Source: a virus
Lineage: Duplodnaviria > Caudoviricetes
Virus record (IMG/VR): IMGVR_UViG_3300037467_001904
Location: 1-64,000 of that record
Strand: one strand, 5' to 3'
DNA: 64,000 nucleotides
Of the stretch, positions 1 to 7,507 are shown piece after piece (the stretch's first letter is position 1; each line of letters opens with the position of its first letter). The notes under the pieces were generated by a model that saw only the letters and a list, made by a program, of their open reading frames with translations, searched no databases and was not told where the DNA came from. The translations under genes were made by a program, and so were the position numbers.

Positions 1-41
1 ATCTCCCCACGAATTCCACCGAGAAAATTATCGAGGCTTCC

Positions 42-707
42 ATGGACGTGCTGGCCATCCAGACACGATTGAAAGCGCTTGGCTTCAATCCAGGCCCTCT
101 TGACGGCGATCCCGGGACGCAAACCGCGCGCGCCGTCCTGGCATTCGAGCGAGCCAAGGGGCTCGCCCCCGATGGCAGAATCGATCAGGCCATGGTTGCC
201 GCCCTGTTTGCCGGGCTGGACTTCAAGGAGCCACCCTGGCTCACCGCGGCGCGCAAGGATCTTGGGATCCGCGAGGGGGTCGGTGCGGCCGATAACCCGC
301 GGGTCGTTCAGATGTTCGCCGAAGCCGGACATCCAGAAGTCAAACACGACAGCGTCGCCTGGTGCGCAGCCGCTGTCGGCGCCTGGCTCAAACGCGCCGG
401 CATCAAGGGCACCGGTTCTCTCTGGGCGCTGGATTACCTGAAGTGGGGCGTGGCGCTGCCTGGGCCGATCCTCGGCGCAATCGCCGTCAAGAAGCGGCAG
501 GGTGGCGGTCATGTCACGCTCGTTGTCGGCGCCAGTTCCGGACGCGTCTTCTGCCTCGGCGGCAATCAGTCCGACTCGGTCTCGATCGCCGCTTACGACG
601 CCTCGGTGTTTGTCTATCGCTGGCCGGCCGGCGTTCGCATTCCGAGCCCAGCCCTTCCGCTTCCGAAGACGATATCCGGCGCCCGTGCCGGCTTATCGGA
701 GGCCTAG
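42..707 (+). CDS. Endolysin: N-terminal peptidoglycan-binding domain + TIGR02594 (NlpC/P60-like) domain
   Basis: LKALGFNPGPLDGDPGTQT PG-binding motif; PWLTAARKDLG, WCAAAVG (Cys), GHV (His), LGGNQSDSV. Confidence 0.85.
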   Translation: MDVLAIQTRLKALGFNPGPLDGDPGTQTARAVLAFERAKGLAPDGRIDQAMVAALFAGLDFKEPPWLTAARKDLGIREGVGAADNPRVVQMFAEAGHPEVKHDSVAWCAAAVGAWLKRAGIKGTGSLWALDYLKWGVALPGPILGAIAVKKRQGGGHVTLVVGASSGRVFCLGGNQSDSVSIAAYDASVFVYRWPAGVRIPSPALPLPKTISGARAGLSEA

Positions 708-752
708 AAGGGCAAGGCATCGGCTCCTTAACTGCATAGATGGGCCTCAATC

Positions 753-860
753 ATGCCTCTGGAAATCATCTGGAGCGCCCTCGGCTTGGCGGCCGAATTG
801 ATGGCTACAGCCGGCGTGCTTGGCCTGCTCTGCCTATCCCTTTCCCATTTCCTTGACTGA
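753..860 (+). CDS. 35-aa hydrophobic peptide (below ORF-track cutoff)
   Basis: MPLEIIWSALGLAAELMATAGVLGLLCLSLSHFLD; frame conserved at 45973-46080. Confidence 0.5.
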   Translation: MPLEIIWSALGLAAELMATAGVLGLLCLSLSHFLD

Positions 861-908
861 CCGCGCCCGGCGGCACCGGGCAATTTCCCTGATCAGGAAT
901 CCAACACG

Positions 909-1499
909 ATGAACCGCTTCTATCTCGCGGCGCTGCTGGCGTTCGCGCTAGTGACGTCTGTCTTCTTCCACCCCATCGTCGGCCTGGTGGTCTTTGCCGC
1001 CGGCGTCGTCGCCCCAATGCTTCCTGCCTATGCCTGGGCTGGCGCTGTGGCGTTCGTCGCTCTGGTTGCTCCGGCATGGGCAGCCGACGACACCACCGTG
1101 TCCCTCGGCGGCCTTGTCACGGCCCTGCTTCCGTATTTCGAAGCCGCTGTCGCTGCCCTGCTCACGGCTTTGATTGCCTGGGCCGCTCAGGCCATCCAGA
1201 AGTGGCTTGGCATCCAACTCGATCAGTCCAGCCGTGATGCCCTGCATAGCGCCGCGATGACGGGCGTCAACATGGCCCTGTCCAGGCTCAGCCAGTCCGC
1301 CGCCAACCTCACCTTCGATGCAAAATCGGCCGTCATCGCCCAGGCGATCGAGTGGGTTGAATCCAGCGTTCCCGACGCGCTGAAGCATTTCGGTCTGACG
1401 CCGGAGCAGCTCGAGGCTCTGATCGAATCCAAACTCGGCATCGCTGCCGCTGCCGCCACGCCGGCCGTTGTTGCGCCCGCGCCGGCGCCTGCGGGATGA
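909..1499 (+). CDS. Putative holin (multi-TM lysis-cassette protein)
   Basis: Several hydrophobic segments; lies between endolysin and spanins; same protein at 46503-47093. Confidence 0.6.
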   Translation: MNRFYLAALLAFALVTSVFFHPIVGLVVFAAGVVAPMLPAYAWAGAVAFVALVAPAWAADDTTVSLGGLVTALLPYFEAAVAALLTALIAWAAQAIQKWLGIQLDQSSRDALHSAAMTGVNMALSRLSQSAANLTFDAKSAVIAQAIEWVESSVPDALKHFGLTPEQLEALIESKLGIAAAAATPAVVAPAPAPAG

Positions 1500-1777
1500 G
1501 CGCATTCTTCAAGGCCTTGCTGGAGGCGCTGCTCAGCGGCGTCGCCAGCGCTCTCCTTGGTTGGCGGGACAAGGCGAAGGCCGACAAGGACGCTGACACC
1601 GCCGCGGTCGAGACGGCCGCCAACGAAACCCAACAGGTCATTACCGGGGTCGCAGATGCGCGCTCGCAACTTACTCCTGCTGGCTCTGCTGGCGATCTGG
1701 CTGCCCGGTTGCGCGCACGAGCCGCCGCCCAAGGCAGTGGTAACGGTGGCGGCGAAGACGACAAACCGGCAAGCTGA
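1496..1777 (+). CDS. Putative inner-membrane spanin (Rz-like)
   Basis: N-terminal TM then helical region; overlapped by a lipoprotein ORF. Confidence 0.6.
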   Translation: MSAFFKALLEALLSGVASALLGWRDKAKADKDADTAAVETAANETQQVITGVADARSQLTPAGSAGDLAARLRARAAAQGSGNGGGEDDKPAS

Positions 1778-1946
1778 GATCAAGCGCCAGCTCGCGCCGA
1801 TTTGCCCGAACCCGTTACCGGCGGCATCGCTCAATCGAGCCGCCGACTATCTCGATGCACACCCCGATGCACTCCCACTGATCGGGGATCTCGACAAATT
1901 GGATCGCGAGGCCAGGCTATGCCGAGGCCTTTCACCCGGTCCTTAA
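1656..1946 (+). CDS. Putative outer-membrane spanin lipoprotein (Rz1-like)
   Basis: MRARNLLLLALLAIWLPGC lipobox; Pro-rich; overlaps the Rz-like gene in another frame. Confidence 0.7.
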   Translation: MRARNLLLLALLAIWLPGCAHEPPPKAVVTVAAKTTNRQAEIKRQLAPICPNPLPAASLNRAADYLDAHPDALPLIGDLDKLDREARLCRGLSPGP

Positions 1947-1999
1947 GGGACAGGCTGCGCAATGGCACAGCACCGCTTCGTCGCGTTCTGGGGATAGGG

Positions 2000-2365
2000 A
2001 TGATGGCACGTTCGTACGGAGAGGCTGAGCTCCATCGCTCTGTCGGTGAGCTCGATGCTCGCGTTGAGATGCTGCAGGAGGATATGCAGACGCTCATTAC
2101 CGAGCTGAAGCAGTCGAGCCTTGAAAATCAGCGGATCTTGCAGAAGCTCGACAAAGTCGAGAACAAGCTCGATCCGCTACCGGACGCCGTGGCGAAGCAC
2201 GATAGCCGGATCGGGAGGCTCGAGCAGTTCGACGGCAAGCTGATGGGCGTTGTCACCCTGGGCGGCCTGACAATCTCAGCGATCGGAACCGGCTTCTGGA
2301 TGCTGATTACCAATTTCTCAGCCGTCGTTTCGTTCGCCAAGAAGCTGTTTGGCTGGATGCCATAG
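2000..2365 (+). CDS. Coiled-coil protein with C-terminal TM (lysis-associated hypothetical)
   Basis: Heptad-like region then GVVTLGGLTISAIGTGFWMLI. Confidence 0.6.
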   Translation: MMARSYGEAELHRSVGELDARVEMLQEDMQTLITELKQSSLENQRILQKLDKVENKLDPLPDAVAKHDSRIGRLEQFDGKLMGVVTLGGLTISAIGTGFWMLITNFSAVVSFAKKLFGWMP

Positions 2366-2386
2366 GCACCGCAGATATTGATTTGT

Positions 2387-2450
2387 CGCCGCACTGACAG
2401 CGGCACACTGGCCCCTGGTCCTTCGGGATCGGGGGCGCTTTTTGCGTTTT
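2387..2450 (+). terminator. Two-hairpin element ending in a UUCG-capped intrinsic terminator
   Basis: GCCGC-ACTGACA-GCGGC, then GCCCCTGGTCC-TTCG-GGATCGGGGGC and a T-rich tail; 50 bp identical at 48329-48378. Confidence 0.65.
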
Positions 2451-2482
2451 AGATCCGGCTTGTCTGGGCGGAATCGATCCCG

Positions 2483-2752
2483 TCAAAAACCCTTCACAGC
2501 TCTTTGCTTGGCAAGCTCCAGTGCCTCGGGGAGCGAGTGGAAATTGGCTCTGATATATTTCGCATTTTGTTTCATGTATTCCACTACGTCGTTCACAAGA
2601 TCGTCGAATGCGCTTGAATTAAAACGCGGGTCTGACGAGTTTGTTATCAAGTCGGTTTCAACAATAAGCTCAATCTCGATAGCGCTGCTTGGGAGAATTC
2701 TTACGTTATCCCAACAGGTGATTGCATTTGGATTGTTGATTTGTATGAGCAT
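2483..2752 (-). CDS. Low-GC cargo hypothetical (89 aa) next to att
   Basis: ATG at 2752 with GAGG RBS; AT-rich relative to flanks. Confidence 0.55.
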   Translation of the reverse strand: MLIQINNPNAITCWDNVRILPSSAIEIELIVETDLITNSSDPRFNSSAFDDLVNDVVEYMKQNAKYIRANFHSLPEALELAKQRAVKGF

Positions 2753-2888
2753 GGCCTCTTCCCAATGGCTTTTGTTCAGCCTCAATCCATCCACGGCGGT
2801 TTGGATCTGCGCGAGGGTGGTGCGGTAGCAAGACGTCACTGGGCGTGACTACGATGTGAAATGCCCCTGCCAAGGGAAATTGAGGAAC

Positions 2889-3186
2889 TGTGCCGACTCT
2901 TGTGCGGCGGATATCCACCGTCTGTTCTCGCTTGTCCGACTTGTCGGAGCGGAAAACGCAGATATTTCAAGGTAGTGCTGGCTGGGGCGGGAGGGTTCGA
3001 ACCTCCGAATGGCGGAATCAAAATCCTATCGTCCATTGTTGGGTCGCATTGATTTCATTCACGATTTCCGACTTATCCGCTTACCCTGTGCCGGTTTTTG
3101 TGCGGCGCGCTTCCCTTGAGCGGGTCTCGTAACCTCCGACAGATCGTGCGATTTGGCCTCAAAACCTGTGCCGGTTTTTGTGCCGG
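2889..3186. repeat. Integrase arm-type repeats: paired TGTGC(C/G)G(A/G/C) boxes 12 bp apart
   Basis: Pairs at 2889/2901, 3087/3099 and 3167/3179; CCTGTGCCGGTTTTTGTGC at 3085 and 3165; a pair also at 48792/48804. Confidence 0.7.
2979..3026 (-). pseudogene. 3' half of tRNA-Gln(TTG); att core
   Basis: Minus strand GGATTTTGATTCCGCCATTCGGAGGTTCGAACCCTCCCGCCCCAGCCA: anticodon loop, T-arm, CCA; no 5' half. Confidence 0.9.
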
Positions 3187-4243
3187 CCGCCTCGCGCCGG
3201 GTCTCCACCTCGAGGAACGCATAGGCCTTCTCGGTCTGCTGTAGCGTAGAGTGGCCGAGTTGGTCACGCACCATCTCCAGGGACCAGCCGAGATCCTGCA
3301 GCAGCCGGCAGCCATGGGTACGGCGCAGATCGTGCCAGATCAGATCCGGCACCTTCGCCCGGGTAGCCGTCAGCTTCAGCGCGCGGAGCAGATGGCGGAA
3401 CCGATTCCCATCCTTGTCCGATAGCTTCTTCCGGCCGCGCTTGATGCCGTCGGCCGTGTTCTTCGATGCCCCGTGGAAGAAGACATACTTGCTGCGGAAA
3501 TGCCGCGGGATCGTCCGGAGCACGGCCACGGCCTCGTCGAGCAAGATCGCGGTCCGGTCCCGCTTGCCCTTGGTGATCTCCTTGGGGATGACGACTTGGC
3601 GTTGATCGAGGTCGACGCGATCCCAGGTCAGGGAGAACTGCTCCTCCTCCCTGAGCCCCGAATAGATCGCGAAGAGGATAGCGTCGCGGACACGCGGAAT
3701 CGCGGCCTCCAATAGGCGAGCTTCCTCCGCATGCGACAGATATCTGGTCCGCGGCGGGCTCTCTTTGAGGCCGCGTTTCTTTCGGGCTTTCAAGAATGCG
3801 CTGACGGGGTTGAGCTCGATCCACTCGTTTTCCATGGCGAAGGAATAGATCGAGCTCAGGCAGGCCATGTCCCGGCGTATGGTCGGTGCAGATGCGCCCA
3901 TGCTCCGGCGCCAGGTCTCGAATTCCTTCAGCTCCTTGGTGCCGATCGCCGCGAGCTGCAGCAGCCCCAGCTTGTCATCGAGCCATTTGATCGAGACGCC
4001 GTAACGCTGGATGCTCTTCGGGCGCAGTGTTGGCAGGTGCTCGCGAATGAACGCGTCGGCTGCTTCGTTCAGCGTGACCTTGGGCCGTTTGCCCCACGTT
4101 TCGTCGTCGAGCTCGTCGAGCCAGACCCTAAGACGCTCGCGAGCGAGGCTCTCAGATCGAGTTTCGAGGGAGCGCCGAAGCTCTTGGCCGTTCTTTTGGG
4201 CGCGGCCCCACCATGTCTTGCCCCTGAGATAGACGTTGGCCAT
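3059..4243 (-). CDS. int: Tyrosine integrase of prophage B
   Basis: SGLREEE (R), WHDLRRTHG (HxxR), LGH...YA; adjacent to att. Confidence 0.95.
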   Translation of the reverse strand: MANVYLRGKTWWGRAQKNGQELRRSLETRSESLARERLRVWLDELDDETWGKRPKVTLNEAADAFIREHLPTLRPKSIQRYGVSIKWLDDKLGLLQLAAIGTKELKEFETWRRSMGASAPTIRRDMACLSSIYSFAMENEWIELNPVSAFLKARKKRGLKESPPRTRYLSHAEEARLLEAAIPRVRDAILFAIYSGLREEEQFSLTWDRVDLDQRQVVIPKEITKGKRDRTAILLDEAVAVLRTIPRHFRSKYVFFHGASKNTADGIKRGRKKLSDKDGNRFRHLLRALKLTATRAKVPDLIWHDLRRTHGCRLLQDLGWSLEMVRDQLGHSTLQQTEKAYAFLEVETRREAAGTKTGTGFEAKSHDLSEVTRPAQGKRAAQKPAQGKRISRKS

Positions 4244-4428
4244 TCCCGCACCTCTATGACCTGACCATCCCACCAACGGCGGAAGGCGGCAAGATCAAAC
4301 ACCCACTGTCCATGATGGCCAGATGGTTGGCGGGCGCCGGGGATCTTGCCCTGCGACGCCTGCCGGATCCAATGACGAGGGGTGAAACCGAACTCGTCTG
4401 CCAATTGCTGAGCCGAGACGTGCTTCAC
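4069..4428 (-). CDS. Excisionase-like winged-HTH protein overlapping the int 5' end
   Basis: GTG start; VSAQQLADEFGFTPRHWIRQASQGKIPGARQ...WVFD resembles Xis/MerR-type HTH. Confidence 0.65.
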   Translation of the reverse strand: MKHVSAQQLADEFGFTPRHWIRQASQGKIPGARQPSGHHGQWVFDLAAFRRWWDGQVIEVREWPTSISGARHGGAAPKRTAKSFGAPSKLDLRASLASVLGSGSTSSTTKRGANGPRSR

Positions 4429-4817
4429 CGCCGCTCTTCCTCCCGCGTTGCCCTGGCCACAGCATCCTTCCAACTCACCCGGCGCTTTGCTGGCTGGATC
4501 TCCCTGCTCGTCGCCGGCATCTGCTGCGTGCGCTCGAAATGCAGCCGGTAGCTGTCAGGAAGATAGGCCCAGAGGTTGAAGGACTTGAAGTAGGCGCTCG
4601 TGAGGCGGATGCGCTCCCCGAAGATGTCCAGCAGGTCGTTGTGATCGACGAAGAAGGACTCGGCACCCTCACCATTGGCAGTCAGCACCACGATCCGCTT
4701 GCCATATTTGGGGCGGACATCGAAGGTGTGCCAGGGCGAGGCAGACGGCGCGGGCTTCGCCGGGGCAATGTAGGGCGAGCGCCGCTTCTCGACGATGACG
4801 GGCGGACGCTTCGTCAT
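4425..4817 (-). CDS. Early hypothetical protein
   Basis: Overlap-coupled in the leftward operon. Confidence 0.6.
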   Translation of the reverse strand: MTKRPPVIVEKRRSPYIAPAKPAPSASPWHTFDVRPKYGKRIVVLTANGEGAESFFVDHNDLLDIFGERIRLTSAYFKSFNLWAYLPDSYRLHFERTQQMPATSREIQPAKRRVSWKDAVARATREEERR

Positions 4818-5110
4818 GAAGAGCGCTCCTCGTCGCACAGAATGCGCAGCAGCATCCCCACGTGCTCAGGTACCTTGCGATAGCCGCATCCGTAATTTTC
4901 AACAGCATTGCGGCTAAGACCGAGGAGTTTTGCGAGGCGATCGGCGGTCAGACCGAGCTGCCTTCTCCGCGCGCGGAATTCATCTTTGCTCATTGCCCCG
5001 CGGGCCGCCTTGAATCGCGCAAACAATTCAAGCTGCCGCGCCGTCAGATCCGCCATCGCATTGGGCGCACGATAAGCTTCGGTGAAAACTGGCCGATGTT
5101 CATTCGTCAC
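4814..5110 (-). CDS. XRE-family HTH protein
   Basis: FRARRRQLGLTADRLAKLLGLSRNAVENYGCGYRKVP. Confidence 0.75.
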   Translation of the reverse strand: MTNEHRPVFTEAYRAPNAMADLTARQLELFARFKAARGAMSKDEFRARRRQLGLTADRLAKLLGLSRNAVENYGCGYRKVPEHVGMLLRILCDEERSS

Positions 5111-5853
5111 GGCACCACCTCGAGCTTCGGATTGATCGTCACCTGGGAAACGATGCGGGCAATTATTGCCGGCCGGCCGAACTCCAGTGCTTTCCGCTCG
5201 GCTTCGGCGCGGGTCATAGTGGTCGAAGCCTCGTCGGCCAGGATCCAGACGTAGGAGGCGCTGTCATCGGAAGTAGCCGCCGCGCCAAGGTCACGTTCGC
5301 CATTCCCGGTCGCCAACCATTCGAGGCTGGTCCGCAGGCCGTCGGCGATTGCAAGCAGCGTGTCGATACGCGGAAAGTAATTGGGGTGGTGCGCTCCGAC
5401 CCGGAGGATATTCCGGACAGCGTCAGATCGGTAAATCCTGGCCTCAAGGGCGTTTGCCGTCATCCCGCGAAGGTCGAGCAGTTCACGGATCCTGTCGGCG
5501 ATCGGAGATGCATAAGCTTTGGGCCGTGCCGCACCGTCGGTGTCGCCAGCCTCGCCCACAAGAAGCCGCTGCCATGGTATGCCGAACGCTGCTCCGTATA
5601 GCTGGGCATCGTGCTCGTCAAAATTGTTCTGGCCGTTCTCATGCGCGGCATATGTGCTTCCGGCCACACCAATGAACTTCGCCGCGGCGGCTGCCGAGCG
5701 AAAGCCGGCGGCGGTCCTGGCAGCCCGGAGCCTGTCTCCCTTGGTGGTCGGCTGAACGATGTCGCCTGTCCTTACGCCGGCCTTCTTCAGAAACTCCGGG
5801 TGATCCTGCATGTCGGCGACGTCGTGCTCGACCGGGATTCGAAGCGACCTCAT
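5107..5853 (-). CDS. Protein with two tandem XRE HTH domains
   Basis: RLRAARTAAGFRSAAAAAKFIGVAGSTYAAHENG and RIRELLDLRGMTANALE...PRIDTLLAIADGLRTSLEWL. Confidence 0.75.
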   Translation of the reverse strand: MRSLRIPVEHDVADMQDHPEFLKKAGVRTGDIVQPTTKGDRLRAARTAAGFRSAAAAAKFIGVAGSTYAAHENGQNNFDEHDAQLYGAAFGIPWQRLLVGEAGDTDGAARPKAYASPIADRIRELLDLRGMTANALEARIYRSDAVRNILRVGAHHPNYFPRIDTLLAIADGLRTSLEWLATGNGERDLGAAATSDDSASYVWILADEASTTMTRAEAERKALEFGRPAIIARIVSQVTINPKLEVVP

Positions 5854-6128
5854 GCCGGCTCTCCCTCGGTCGTGCGGAGAACCCGGGTGACCTGTTCAAG
5901 CGCTGCCGGTACGTGCTTGCTGGCGAGATCGGCAAGGATGTCCCCGCGCTGATCCTTCCAGAGCAACTGGATCGCCTCGCCCAAGAAGAGCCAGCCGACT
6001 TCCTCGTCGGACGCGCCCAGGCGGCGGAACTGCTGCGAAATGATCTGCAGGTCGAAATAGAGCTCGCCGGCGCGGGACGTCTTGTCCCACTGGGGGCGGT
6101 GCTTCGATAGGTCGACGACGTTCGTCAT
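5850..6128 (-). CDS. Early hypothetical protein
   Basis: 4-bp overlaps with neighbours. Confidence 0.6.
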   Translation of the reverse strand: MTNVVDLSKHRPQWDKTSRAGELYFDLQIISQQFRRLGASDEEVGWLFLGEAIQLLWKDQRGDILADLASKHVPAALEQVTRVLRTTEGEPA

Positions 6129-6370
6129 TCTCTTGCCTTCGAAATGTCTTGTGCGATTGCGGCGCTGGCCTGCAGCTCGATCTGTGCGGCGCTGGCGCGG
6201 GGCGTGGCGAGGCGGTCGTCCTGGCCGTTGAGCCAGCCATGGCGATAGCTGGCGCTGCGATTGGCGAGGGACTCGGGCAGCTGGGGGCGGTCGTCGCCCC
6301 AGCCATCGATGTAGCCCTCGGTCATCTCGATCTCGAACACGTGCGGATCGAAGTGGACAGGGTTCTTCAA
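6125..6370 (-). CDS. Early hypothetical protein
   Basis: 4-bp overlaps; TTG start. Confidence 0.5.
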   Translation of the reverse strand: MKNPVHFDPHVFEIEMTEGYIDGWGDDRPQLPESLANRSASYRHGWLNGQDDRLATPRASAAQIELQASAAIAQDISKARE

Positions 6371-6933
6371 GTGGTCACCCTGTTTTCGATCGAGGCGGGC
6401 GCGTGCCTGAGCGGTTGCTTCGAGACGGGCTGTTCGGGAACAATCTCCTCGACGAGGTCATGATCTGGAGAGCCACTGGTCGAGCGCCCATCCGCATCCC
6501 AGATACCGCCCCTAAAGTCGTCGGAGAACATGAGACCCCGACCGTCCATCTGGGATAGTGGATTGGTCTTGGTGCCGTCCCGCTTTCGGTAGGCACGATT
6601 GGCGCGGAGCCTGATCCGAGGACGCTTGATCGAAACATCAGGAATCGTATGGATTGCCTCGATCAGACGATCCATCTGGGCAAGGATCCTGTCGGTCCAG
6701 TCGCAGCTCCTGCGCGCGATCCGGGCCTGTGTTGCCAGACCATGCACGGACTGCGGTGGCTTCGATAGTGCCCACTCTTCGTAAGCAGCGATGCGGCTGC
6801 AGAGCTTGTCGATCTTGGCGTCGTTAGCAGGGTCGTCCTTGTCGAGACACTCCAGCTCGTGATCCAGATCCCGGAGGAGGTTCTCGCAGGCGACAAGTTC
6901 CATGTCGGAAATTCGGCGGACGCGCTTGGTCAT
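6367..6933 (-). CDS. Early hypothetical protein
   Basis: Operon-coupled. Confidence 0.6.
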   Translation of the reverse strand: MTKRVRRISDMELVACENLLRDLDHELECLDKDDPANDAKIDKLCSRIAAYEEWALSKPPQSVHGLATQARIARRSCDWTDRILAQMDRLIEAIHTIPDVSIKRPRIRLRANRAYRKRDGTKTNPLSQMDGRGLMFSDDFRGGIWDADGRSTSGSPDHDLVEEIVPEQPVSKQPLRHAPASIENRVTT

Positions 6934-7253
6934 TGAGGCGATCCTTCCAGCTGTCTCAGCTTTGCGAAGGCATCGTCGAAGACCTTTTTGGCATCACGGA
7001 TTAATCTGGCCGCATGGGCGGCAGCGAAGGCAACGCGCTCCCATTCCGAATCGTGCAGCTTGAAGGTGAGAAGTTCGCCATCCGTTTCTGGACGTGCGAA
7101 AGCATCCTCCAATAGGCCAAAGGCGATGTCAGCCATATTCGCCGCATCGCACAGCGGCCCGTCGATATCCCACATCCCCTGCGCAAGGATAACATCGCTG
7201 CGGGATGCGATGGCCGTCGAAGCGGTCGGGTCGATATCAGCACGGATATTCAT
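6930..7253 (-). CDS. Early hypothetical protein
   Basis: Operon-coupled. Confidence 0.6.
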   Translation of the reverse strand: MNIRADIDPTASTAIASRSDVILAQGMWDIDGPLCDAANMADIAFGLLEDAFARPETDGELLTFKLHDSEWERVAFAAAHAARLIRDAKKVFDDAFAKLRQLEGSPQ

Positions 7254-7507
7254 TGGGCGTCTCCAGCGTTGAGGAAACCAGCCGGGAATTCGCCGGCTAA
7301 GAGTTGGTCGACGGTCATCGTCTCGATCGGCGGATTGTCGATGCGAGCGGCCATCGTGCGGAGGAGGTCGGCGAGCACTTTGGTGCTCTCGGGTGTGTGG
7401 GTCGCTGTCAGGCCCGTGGCGGCGATCAGATCGAGCCTATCGGCGAGAGGCCCCACAAACTGGCCCCAGCCGCCGGCGCGCGGGTATGGAAGATCGGAGG
7501 CCATCAC
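7250..7507 (-). CDS. Early hypothetical protein
   Basis: Operon-coupled. Confidence 0.55.
   Translation of the reverse strand: MMASDLPYPRAGGWGQFVGPLADRLDLIAATGLTATHTPESTKVLADLLRTMAARIDNPPIETMTVDQLLAGEFPAGFLNAGDAQ

Larger units (their letters stand above)
1..3026 (+). mobile_element. Prophage A, right end only (lysis cassette, cargo gene, att arm)
   Basis: Lysis genes homologous to 45221-47530; ends in a tRNA-Gln 3' fragment whose left flank matches 48758-48881. Confidence 0.85.

Noticed and set aside
1-1930. Lysis-cassette duplication as an assembly artefact
   Set aside because: The copies differ by many silent and some amino-acid changes, one inserted gene and different downstream genes
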